Part shown: positions 15,294 through 21,819 of the stretch, in pieces
Numbering within the stretch: the stretch's first letter is position 1
How the letters are laid out: every line of letters starts with the position of its first letter
Source: an uncultured Rhodospirillaceae bacterium
GTDB lineage: Bacteria; Pseudomonadota; Alphaproteobacteria; Dongiales; Dongiaceae
DNA length: 24,000 nt
NCBI GenBank assembly: GCA_964569315.1
Contig: CAZMUZ010000018.1
Coordinates: 6,835 to 30,834 of the forward strand
Reading direction: 5' to 3'
Program-made: the position numbers and the translations under genes
Notes under the pieces: model-generated
The model's input: only the letters and a program-made list of their open reading frames with translations
What the model was told of the DNA's origin: nothing
Database searches by the model: none

Positions 15294-15602
15294 TCAATCG
15301 TTTGCGGGCGGCAGGTCGAGCTCGGTCTCGATCAGGTCGAGCAGCCGCTCCGTGCCGCGGGTCGAGATCCACTGTCCCGCCCCGTCGCGCGCGAAATGCC
15401 AGGCGCCGCTCGCCGGCGAGGAAACCCAGATCTGCTGGTTCGGGCGATGGAGATTGATGACGTAGGTGCCGCCCTCCTCGAGCTCGACCGTGAGGATGCC
15501 GCCCGCCAGCTCGACGTCGGCATCGTCGCGCGCGGCCTCGATCCGGCTCATCAGGGCCCGGAGCGCTCGCTCGGCGGCGCGTTCGAAGCTGCTTTCATCC
15601 AC
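15294..15602 (-). CDS. cyaY: Frataxin-like iron-sulfur cluster assembly protein CyaY
   Basis: 102 aa with a GTG start at 15602. The pattern GGILTVELEEGGTYVINLHRPNQQIWVSSPASGAWHF parallels E. coli CyaY (GGVLTITF...[22 protein letters not shown]) as I remember it. Confidence 0.85.
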   Translation of the reverse strand: MDESSFERAAERALRALMSRIEAARDDADVELAGGILTVELEEGGTYVINLHRPNQQIWVSSPASGAWHFARDGAGQWISTRGTERLLDLIETELDLPPAND

Positions 15603-15789
15603 GGCGGCGGCCCTCGCGGAACCCGCCGGAAACCGCGGGCGTCCGGGCGCGAGGGCGGGCGCCGGGCCGCCGCGAGGCGGGTCGAGCCATCCCTAGCCCC
15701 AACGGCCCGGGCTTGGCAAGGCGACAGGCCGCCCGGGAGCCCTGAAAAAGCGGGAAAAATCGTCGCAGCGCAAGGAGTTGCGCGAGCCT

Positions 15790-15818
15790 TGCACGGCGGA
15801 GCGGCCTCCGCTATAAGC
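15790..15818 (+). promoter_or_regulatory. Candidate sigma70-type promoter of rpmE
   Basis: TTGCAC (15790-15795), a 17-nt spacer, then TATAAG (15813-15818), about 30 nt upstream of the ATG at 15850. Confidence 0.45.
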
Positions 15819-15849
15819 TCGCCTTCCCGAACGCGGAGCGCCGACGGCC

Positions 15850-16077
15850 ATGAAGGAAAAGATCCATCCGGAGTACCACGAGATCAACGTGGTGATGACC
15901 GACGGCACCAGCTACAAGACCCGCTCGACCTACGGCAAGGCGGGCGACACGCTTCGGCTCGACATCGACCCGAAGTCGCACCCGGCCTGGACCGGCGTGC
16001 ATCGCCTGATGGACAGCGGCGGCCAGCTCGCCAAGTTCAACAAGCGGTTCCAGAACCTCGGCATCAAGAAGGAATAG
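15850..16077 (+). CDS. rpmE: 50S ribosomal protein L31 (Cys-less form)
   Basis: [19 protein letters not shown]...HPAWTG...[10 protein letters not shown] matches L31. The CxxC zinc motifs are absent. Confidence 0.92.
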   Translation: MKEKIHPEYHEINVVMTDGTSYKTRSTYGKAGDTLRLDIDPKSHPAWTGVHRLMDSGGQLAKFNKRFQNLGIKKE

Positions 16078-16124
16078 CGCCGGGCCCGGCCGGCCCGGGC
16101 TCTCGCAAGCGCGCTTTAAGGGAA

Positions 16125-16163
16125 AAGGGGCGTTTCCGGCAGCGGAAGCGCCCTTCGCATTTG
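16125..16163. terminator. Hairpin between the convergent rpmE and NQO1-like genes
   Basis: A ~13-bp stem (AAGGGGCGTTTCCG / CGGAAGCGCCCTT, including G-U pairs) with loop GCAG. The tails on both strands are only weakly U-rich. Confidence 0.5.
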
Positions 16164-16179
16164 CGGGGATCCGGCGGTC

Positions 16180-17040
16180 CTATTCCGGCCGATCCTGTTG
16201 CGCCCCGTCCTGCGTCGGCCCGTCCTGCTTCAAACGGCGGCGCTTCTCGTCGTAGCTCCAGCCGCCGCCGAGATCGAGCGTCTCCCGGTGTCGCACGAAG
16301 GGCGTATAGGCGGGCGCTCCCGGCTTCAGCCGATGCCGCTCGTCGAAATCCTCCCACAGGTTGAAGGGCAGCTCCGGCGTGCTGCCGATCGTGCGGATGC
16401 GCTCGGCCATCGCCGCCTCCGCCTTGCCCTTCTTCGCCGCGAGCTCCGGCGATTTCGCCCCCGCCGGCCCGCCATGAATCGCGAAGGAGAGGAGCGGCGG
16501 CAGCACCGTCATGCCGACATAGCGGAGGCTGATCAGCACCGGCCAGAGGGCAAGCAGCATGTCGCCCTCATTGCCGTTGTAGGAGCCGCCGTCGGTCGAG
16601 GCGCCGAGCGTGACCGAGAGCAGGGCCTTCTTGCCCCGGAACGGCCCGCGCTCGAAGCGGTTGGCGCTGGAATAGGTCGCGCCGTAGATCCAGATCCGGT
16701 CGAACCAGCCCTTCATCATCGCCGGCGGTCCCCACCACCAGACGGGAAACTGGAAAATCAGCAGGTCGGCGCGCCGCACCTTGTCGAGCTCGGCGACGAC
16801 CGCCGGCGGGGTCGCCGCGCGCTCATATGCGCTGCGCTGCTCGCCCTGGGTGTCGAAATAGCCCGGATCGTTTCGCGCACCGTAGTGACGCGGCCCCTCG
16901 ACCGGGTCGAAGCCTTGCGCATAGAGGTCGGAAATCTCGACGGTGGCGCCCTGCGCGCGAAGCTGCGCGGCCGCGACCCGCGCCAACCGCCCGTTCAGCG
17001 ATTGTGGCTCCGGCTGAGCCAGGACGATGAGCGCATGCAT
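16180..17040 (-). CDS. NAD(P)H dehydrogenase (quinone), Flavodoxin_2 / NQO1 (DT-diaphorase)-like
   Basis: ATG at 17040 with GGAGGAAA upstream. Blocks ALIVLAQPEPQSLN, ADLLIFQFPVWWWGPPAMMKGWFDR, GPFRGKKALLSVTLG and GDMLLALWPV parallel mammalian NQO1 as I remember it. Confidence 0.82.
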   Translation of the reverse strand: MHALIVLAQPEPQSLNGRLARVAAAQLRAQGATVEISDLYAQGFDPVEGPRHYGARNDPGYFDTQGEQRSAYERAATPPAVVAELDKVRRADLLIFQFPVWWWGPPAMMKGWFDRIWIYGATYSSANRFERGPFRGKKALLSVTLGASTDGGSYNGNEGDMLLALWPVLISLRYVGMTVLPPLLSFAIHGGPAGAKSPELAAKKGKAEAAMAERIRTIGSTPELPFNLWEDFDERHRLKPGAPAYTPFVRHRETLDLGGGWSYDEKRRRLKQDGPTQDGAQQDRPE

Positions 17041-17142
17041 GGAATTTCCTCCGCCTCCGGATCGCGGGCTGTCGGGGCTTCGGATGTACACGAAATCGCC
17101 GGGCGGCTCCATCCGGCGAAGGGCGCTGCAGCGCCTCGGGCT

Positions 17143-17565
17143 TCAGTCGTTCGCGGGCGTCACCAGGCCGGCGGCGAGGTCGTCGAGCCGGGCGACCCGG
17201 TTATAGAGGGCGAGGCTGCGCGACAGCAGGCTTTGCAGCACGTCCGGGAGGCCGAGCGCCTGCCAGGGACCTTCCACCGCGCAAACCAGCCGGCCGCCGA
17301 GCCGGCGCTGCTCCAGCATCGCCTCGACCGGCGAAAGCTCGCCCGCCGCGACCGCCCGCTGCACCAGGAGCCACGCCAGCACCTGGGTCAGCCGCGCCGT
17401 CACCCGCATCGCCTCGCAGCTCGCCACGAGCTGGAGGGCCGGGCGCTGCGTCGGGATGCCGTCGCGGCGGGAATCGACGAAATAGTCCCGCGCCTCGCGC
17501 ATCAGCGCGATGGTCTCCTCATAGGTGCGATCGAACTGAGCGAGGGTGGTCGAACCGCTCGGCAT
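17143..17565 (-). CDS. DUF1465 family protein (RcdA-like, regulator of CtrA degradation family)
   Basis: Internal ATG at 17565 (MPSGSTTLAQFDRTYEE...). The core CEAMRVTARLTQVLAWLLVQRAVAAGEL resembles the RcdA/DUF1465 signature. 140 aa. Confidence 0.7.
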   Translation of the reverse strand: MPSGSTTLAQFDRTYEETIALMREARDYFVDSRRDGIPTQRPALQLVASCEAMRVTARLTQVLAWLLVQRAVAAGELSPVEAMLEQRRLGGRLVCAVEGPWQALGLPDVLQSLLSRSLALYNRVARLDDLAAGLVTPAND

Positions 17566-17755
17566 TCTCGCCTGCCGTTGCTGGATAGGGTGGCCCCGGA
17601 AGGAGCCGGATCGGTCGGCACTCCAAGGTTCCCGTCCCCGGGGGGAAGAACCGGGGAGCAAGAATTCCGCCTGCGGCTTAACATTCCCTTTTCCGCCGCG
17701 CGGGAGGCAACCGGAAACTGGTCGAGCGGCCCGGATTTCAAGGGCTCCAGCGCCT

Positions 17756-17783
17756 CTTGAAGCCGAAAACCGCTGCCCTATAT
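17756..17783 (+). promoter_or_regulatory. RpoH (sigma32)-type heat-shock promoter upstream of hsp20
   Basis: CTTGAA (17756-17761), 15 nt, then CCTATAT (17777-17783). This equals CTTG-N17-CCTATAT and fits the alphaproteobacterial RpoH consensus CTTG-N17/18-CYTATNT. Confidence 0.6.
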
Positions 17784-17789
17784 CGAGTT

Positions 17790-17903
17790 CCGTCGGACGC
17801 CCTTTCCGGGGTCCGGCGATGACGTGACGGCCGGGGTATCGGCTCAGCGACGAGCGAATGCCCGGGATCGGAACCCATGTTGCTCACAAGGAGGATATGG
17901 CAA
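17790..17903 (+). ncRNA. ROSE-like RNA thermometer (5' UTR of the small heat-shock gene)
   Basis: The final hairpin spans 17875-17900: CCAUGUU(G)CUC - ACAAG - GAGGAUAUGG. It sequesters the SD AAGGAGGA against a UUGCUC segment with a single bulged G, the hallmark of ROSE elements. Further GC-rich hairpins lie upstream at about 17796-17815 and 17831-17866. The 5' boundary is inferred from the promoter. Confidence 0.65.
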
Positions 17904-18368
17904 ATGCGCAGCTTCGATTTCGCTCCCCTCTTCCGCTCCACCATCGGCTTCGACGGCATGGCGAATCTGCTCGAGTCCGCGCTCCGGACCGACGAGCAGG
18001 CATCGACCTACCCGCCCTACAACATCGAGAAGACCGGTGACAGCGCCTACCGCCTCACCATGGCGGTAGCCGGGTTCGGCGAAGAGGACATCACCATCAC
18101 GGCGCAGGACAACACGCTCGTCGTGAGCGGCAAGCTCGCGAAGAGCGATGAGGAGCGCAAGTTCCTCTATCGCGGCATCGCGGGCCGTGCGTTCGAGCGC
18201 CGCTTCGAGCTCGCGGAGCATATCCGCGTGAACGGGGCGAGCCTCGCGAACGGCCTGCTTCATGTCGAGCTGGTGAAGGAAGTGCCGGAGGCCATGAAGC
18301 CCCGCACCATCAAGATCCAGAACGGCGGCGCGAAGCAGCCGACCGTGCTCGAAGGGAAGGCGGCCTAG
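17904..18368 (+). CDS. Small heat-shock protein, Hsp20/alpha-crystallin family (IbpA-like)
   Basis: ATG at 17904 (MRSFDFAPLFRSTIGFD..., a typical class A rhizobial sHSP N-terminus), 8 nt after GGAGGA. Alpha-crystallin domain ends in GASLANGLLHVELV. Confidence 0.9.
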   Translation: MRSFDFAPLFRSTIGFDGMANLLESALRTDEQASTYPPYNIEKTGDSAYRLTMAVAGFGEEDITITAQDNTLVVSGKLAKSDEERKFLYRGIAGRAFERRFELAEHIRVNGASLANGLLHVELVKEVPEAMKPRTIKIQNGGAKQPTVLEGKAA

Positions 18369-18422
18369 TTACCGCCGAAGGCAGAAGACCGGATCTCTAG
18401 CCGATCCGGACCATGACAGTCT

Positions 18423-18452
18423 GGCCGGGCGGGCAACCGCCCGGCCTTTTTC
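18423..18452 (+). terminator. Intrinsic terminator of hsp20
   Basis: GGCCGGGCGG - GCAA - CCGCCCGGCC followed by TTTTTCC. Confidence 0.8.
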
Positions 18453-18460
18453 CTGTGGTT

Positions 18461-18715
18461 TCAGCACGCGGATTTTTTCGCGGCGCGGATTCTGCGTCCC
18501 CCGGTATCGCGCGGCGGATCGAAGCGATAGCGGTCGCGGATATGGTCGTTGAAATAGGCGCCCTTCGAGTCCGCCCGCAGGAACCCTTCGAAGACCTGCG
18601 GCGGCACCTCGTAATAGCGGTAGGGCCCGCCGGTTTCGCGAAACCAGATCGAAAGCGCCCGACGCGACGGGTCGTAGGCGATCCGGTCGATCGCCGAGGA
18701 GCTGACCAGGGGCAT
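18461..18715 (-). CDS. KTSC domain-containing protein
   Basis: ATG at 18715 with GGAGG upstream. SSAIDRIAYDPSRRALSIWFRETGGPYRYYEVPPQVFEGFLRADSKGAYFNDHIR matches the KTSC domain pattern. 84 aa. Confidence 0.75.
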   Translation of the reverse strand: MPLVSSSAIDRIAYDPSRRALSIWFRETGGPYRYYEVPPQVFEGFLRADSKGAYFNDHIRDRYRFDPPRDTGGRRIRAAKKSAC

Positions 18716-18823
18716 CGGCTCGCCTCCGACGCGAACAACGTCCTTACTCGCCAATGAACGAACGAAAGGGCGGCGCGTTCCCTTTCGAACGCGCACCCTT
18801 GGATTGCATCCATGTGGAATGCG

Positions 18824-19621
18824 TCAGGCGCTCGTCAGCAGCCGCTTCAGCGCCGCGATGGTCTCGTTCGGACGCTCGGCCATCATCATATGGCCGGTAT
18901 CGGGAATCGTGACCGTGGCGGCGCCGGTGAGCTGTTCGGCCAGGGGCTTCGCGGCCTTGGGCGACGTCATGCGGTCGTCGGCCCCCAGCACCAGCAGCGC
19001 GCAGCCCTTGAAGGCGGCCGCCGCGTCGAGCGCGCCCTTGTAGTCGGCGCAAGCGCCGAGGTCGGCCGCCAGCACGCCCGGCGCCGCGCGCTCCAGCAGC
19101 CGGATGCCGCCGCCCATCGTCCACAGGCCCGGCGCCTTGTTGCCGCCGACATGGCCGACGCTGCCATGGGCCCAGGAAGCGATGAGCTCGACCGCCTTCG
19201 GATCGTTCGCCCGTGCGGCCGCGAGCAGGTCGGGATGGACCGGCATGGCGGCGGCCACGCCCAGCAGCGCGATGCCGTCCACCCTGTCGCCGGCGCGCGC
19301 CGCGGCCGCGAGCGCGACGAGCGCGCCCATCGAATGGCCGACGAGAGCGGTGCGCTCGAGCCCCGCCGCCTCGACCACGGCCAGCACCCAGCCCGCCATC
19401 GCCTCGATCGAGGCGAGCGGCTTGCCGGTGGAGCGCCCGTGCCCCGGAAGATCGAGCGCCAGCACCGCGCGGCCGTGACCGGCGAAATATCGCGCCGGCA
19501 GGCTCCAGACGCTGTGATCCATCCCGGCGCCATGGAGGAAGACCGCGCCCGGCCGCCCGGGATCGAAGGGCTGGCCGCCGGTCGAGGCGAAGGCGCGCGC
19601 TCCCCCGACGCTGAGCTCCAT
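18824..19621 (-). CDS. Alpha/beta-fold hydrolase of unknown specificity
   Basis: 265 aa. HGAG oxyanion region, nucleophile elbow GHSMG, and a C-terminal DTGHMMM likely holding the catalytic His. It starts 7 nt after the metY stop. Confidence 0.8.
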   Translation of the reverse strand: MELSVGGARAFASTGGQPFDPGRPGAVFLHGAGMDHSVWSLPARYFAGHGRAVLALDLPGHGRSTGKPLASIEAMAGWVLAVVEAAGLERTALVGHSMGALVALAAAARAGDRVDGIALLGVAAAMPVHPDLLAAARANDPKAVELIASWAHGSVGHVGGNKAPGLWTMGGGIRLLERAAPGVLAADLGACADYKGALDAAAAFKGCALLVLGADDRMTSPKAAKPLAEQLTGAATVTIPDTGHMMMAERPNETIAALKRLLTSA

Positions 19622-19628
19622 GGCGGGC

Positions 19629-20924
19629 TCAGCCTTTCTGCGAGGCGCGCAGCGCCTGGTCGAGATCCGCGAGGATGTCAGCCGGATCTTCGAGCCCGAC
19701 GGAAATCCGGATCATGTCCTCGCCGACGCCGGCCGCGGCCAGCGCCGCCGCATCCATCTGCCGGTGCGTGGTCGAGGCCGGATGGATCACGAGGGTCTTG
19801 GCATCGCCGACATTGGCGAGATGCGAGGCGAGCGAAAGCGCCTCGATGAAGCGCCGCCCCGCCTCGCGCCCGCCCTTCACGCCGAAGCAGAGGATCGAGC
19901 CCGCGCCTTTCGGGAAGAGCCGCTTCGCGAGCGCATGGTCCGGATGCTCGGGCAGGTCCGGGTGATTGACCCAGGCGACGGCCGGATGGCGCTTGAGGGC
20001 CTCCAGCACGGCCTGCGTGTTCGCGACATGACGCGCCATGCGGAGCGGCAGGGTCTCGATCCCCTGCAGGATATGGAACGCATTGGCCGGGCTCATGCAG
20101 GCGCCGAAATCGCGCAGGCCTTCGACGCGCGCGCGCAGGATGAAGGCCTGCGGTCCGAACTCCTCGGCGAAATCGATGCCGTGATAGCCGGCATAGGGTT
20201 CGGTCAGGGTCGGGAACTTTCCCGACTTCTCCCAGTCGAACTTGCCGCTGTCGACCAGCACGCCGCCGATCGCCACGCCATGGCCGCCGAGCCACTTGGT
20301 GGCCGAATGGAGCAGCAGGTCGGCGCCGTGCTCGAAGGGCCGGTTGAGCCAGGGCGTGGAGAAGGTGGAATCGATCAGGAGCGGCACCCCCGCCTCGTGC
20401 GCGATGCCGGCGACCTGCTCGAGGTCCAGCACCTCGAGCCCCGGATTGCCGATGGTCTCGGCGAAGACGAGCCGCGTCTCCGGCCGGATCGCGGCGCGGA
20501 AGCCGGCGAGGTCGCGTGGGCCGACGAAGCTCGTGGTAATGCCGAAGCGGGGCAAGGTGAGGCGCAGCAGATTGATGCTGCCGCCATAGAGCGAGGCCGA
20601 AGCGACGATGTGCCCGCCCTGCCCCATCAGCGTGACGATCGCGAGCAGCAGGGCCGCATGGCCGCTCGCCGCCGCCGCGGCGCCGACGCCGCCTTCGAGT
20701 GCGGCGACGCGCTCCTCCAGCACCGCCACGGTCGGGTTCGAGATGCGCGAATAGATGTGGCCGGTGCGCTCGAGATTGAAGAGCGACGCGGCATGATCGA
20801 CATCGTCGAACACGTAGGAGGTCGTCATGTAGAGCGGCAGGGCGCGTGCGCCGGTGGTCGGGTCCGGCTGCTGTCCCGCATGCAGGCTCAGCGTGTCGAA
20901 CTTGTGAAACTTCGGATCGGCCAT
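19629..20924 (-). CDS. metY: O-acetylhomoserine aminocarboxypropyltransferase/sulfhydrylase (PLP-dependent)
   Basis: ATG at 20924 (MADPKFHKFDTLSLHAGQ...) with GGGGGAAG upstream. The Cys/Met-metabolism PLP family is indicated by the lysine motif HSATKWLGGHG and by ISNPT. 431 aa. Confidence 0.88.
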   Translation of the reverse strand: MADPKFHKFDTLSLHAGQQPDPTTGARALPLYMTTSYVFDDVDHAASLFNLERTGHIYSRISNPTVAVLEERVAALEGGVGAAAAASGHAALLLAIVTLMGQGGHIVASASLYGGSINLLRLTLPRFGITTSFVGPRDLAGFRAAIRPETRLVFAETIGNPGLEVLDLEQVAGIAHEAGVPLLIDSTFSTPWLNRPFEHGADLLLHSATKWLGGHGVAIGGVLVDSGKFDWEKSGKFPTLTEPYAGYHGIDFAEEFGPQAFILRARVEGLRDFGACMSPANAFHILQGIETLPLRMARHVANTQAVLEALKRHPAVAWVNHPDLPEHPDHALAKRLFPKGAGSILCFGVKGGREAGRRFIEALSLASHLANVGDAKTLVIHPASTTHRQMDAAALAAAGVGEDMIRISVGLEDPADILADLDQALRASQKG

Positions 20925-20995
20925 CGCTCGCTTCCCCCCGGCCTGTCGCCCGCATCGCGACGCGCCGTGTCGCCGGATATCTTCCGCCAAAGAAG

Positions 20996-21038
20996 AAGGC
21001 CGCTCGATCCTTATCCAAGGACCGGCGGCCTTTTTTAT
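20996..21038. terminator. Long hairpin with T/A tracts on both sides (bidirectional terminator-like) in the metY upstream region
   Basis: AAGGCCGC-TCGA-TCCTT-ATCC-AAGGA-CCG-GCGGCCTT forms about 15 bp. TTTTTTAT follows on the + strand. On the - strand it is preceded by AAAAAA and followed by TTCTTCTTT, about 70 nt before the metY ATG. Confidence 0.55.
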
Positions 21039-21076
21039 GTCTGAGCCTCAACCCTGTCTAACTTGCGGACGGAAAC

Positions 21077-21104
21077 GTTATGAGGCGCGAGGCAAATCCG
21101 TCAA
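21077..21104 (-). promoter_or_regulatory. Candidate sigma70-type promoter reading toward metY
   Basis: On the - strand: TTGACG (21104-21099), a 16-nt spacer, then CATAAC (21082-21077). Pattern match only. Confidence 0.3.
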
Positions 21105-21205
21105 GCCGAGAATCCGCTTTTTCGCTACAATGTGCGCGCGACAGAGCGGTCGGCCGGGTCAACTTCCCCGCGAAGTCTGGAACCCTTCCATATTGTGCCG
21201 AAGCC

Positions 21206-21236
21206 AGAAAAAAAGCCGCCGGAAACCGGCGGCTTC
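21206..21236 (-). terminator. Strong intrinsic terminator on the minus strand with no annotated gene upstream
   Basis: On the - strand: AAGCCGCCGG-UUU-CCGGCGGCUU followed by seven U (plus-strand A run 21208-21214). Confidence 0.8.
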
Positions 21237-21568
21237 GAGTTAGACAGGGAGGCGCAAACATGGATCAGGGATCCAAGGCGAGGGTTTCAGGGACGAAAAC
21301 CTCACGCTGTCCATTTTTGGCGGAATTCATGAAGCAATCCTTAACATCCGGGCAATAGGCCCACGCCCCGGGCCGATTTCGCTTACCTAACTATTTCAAC
21401 GCTTTCATCGCCGAGGGCCGGTGCGACCCGGGAGGCTGCCGCTCATTCCTGTCCGAGGCGTCAGGCTTTTTCGGCACGCCGAACCGGACTGTCGCCCCGG
21501 CGAGACGGCGCTGCCGTCGTCGGCCCCCTGAGCCCGACCGCGCCGGGTGTACGCCCTGTGCGTCCGAG

Positions 21569-21653
21569 CTAGGGCGGCTTGAAGAAGGCCGCGGCACCGG
21601 CGCGGGGCTCTGCCTGGTCCCGATTTTCGCTTCGACCCGCGCGATCTCCGGCC
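21569..21653 (-). pseudogene. Degenerate duplicate of the 3' end of the DUF1192 gene
   Basis: The 85 nt align by eye with 22561-22645 at roughly 85% identity with two 1-nt indels. The reading frame is broken and no N-terminal part or start codon is present. The track ORF 21569..21808 only borrows its C-terminus (AGAAAFFKPP versus AGAAAFFKSR). Confidence 0.7.
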
Positions 21654-21819
21654 GACGCCCGGACAGATGGTCGTCCGGAAAATCCGGCGATCTTCAAGAC
21701 GGCAGATGCACGCCCCGATATGTTGCGGCAGCCGATGGGCAGGCGGTAGGTTTGCGATGGAGCCGTCCGGCGCTGCGACGATCGGAGAGATTCATTCATC
21801 AGCTCCAAGGAATCCGCCT

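Larger units (their letters stand above)
21037..21263. repeat. Imperfect inverted repeats (~21-24 bp) bounding a ~180-bp lower-G+C segment
   Basis: The left arm is ATGTCTGAGCCTCAACCCTGTCTA (21037-21060). The reverse complement of 21241-21261 is ATGTTTGCGCCTCCCTGTCTA. By eye, 19 positions match with a 3-nt gap. The inner 9 bp CCCTGTCTA/TAGACAGGG are perfect. Confidence 0.55.

Noticed and set aside
15850-16077. Cys-less L31 as a zinc-independent paralogue signalling a Zur-regulated switch
   Set aside because: The alphaproteobacterial primary L31 commonly lacks the CxxC motifs. No second copy or Zur box is visible here.
16078-16100. GC palindrome GCCGGGCCCGGCCGGCCCGGGC after rpmE as a REP-like repeat or terminator
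   Set aside because: It is a single occurrence in the window with no U-tract. The adjacent 16125-16163 hairpin is the better terminator candidate.
21036-21110. SAM-II (metA-type) riboswitch upstream of metY
   Set aside because: A 6-bp stem (GACGGA/UCCGUC) and a possible loop-tail pairing (AUUUGC/GCAAGU) exist. The implied pseudoknot would have essentially zero-length connecting loops, which is sterically implausible. I could not find the conserved A-rich AAAGC-type 3' segment. The same bases also fit a TTGACG-N16-CATAAC promoter.
21080-21597. Track ORFs 21080..21358 (+), 21132..21332 (+), 21058..21261 (-), 21391..21597 (-) and 21569..21808 (-) in the low-G+C patch
   Set aside because: They have no SD/start context, overlap each other in several frames, give low-complexity Arg/Ser/Pro translations, and run across terminator hairpins. 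The last one only reads through the DUF1192 fragment.
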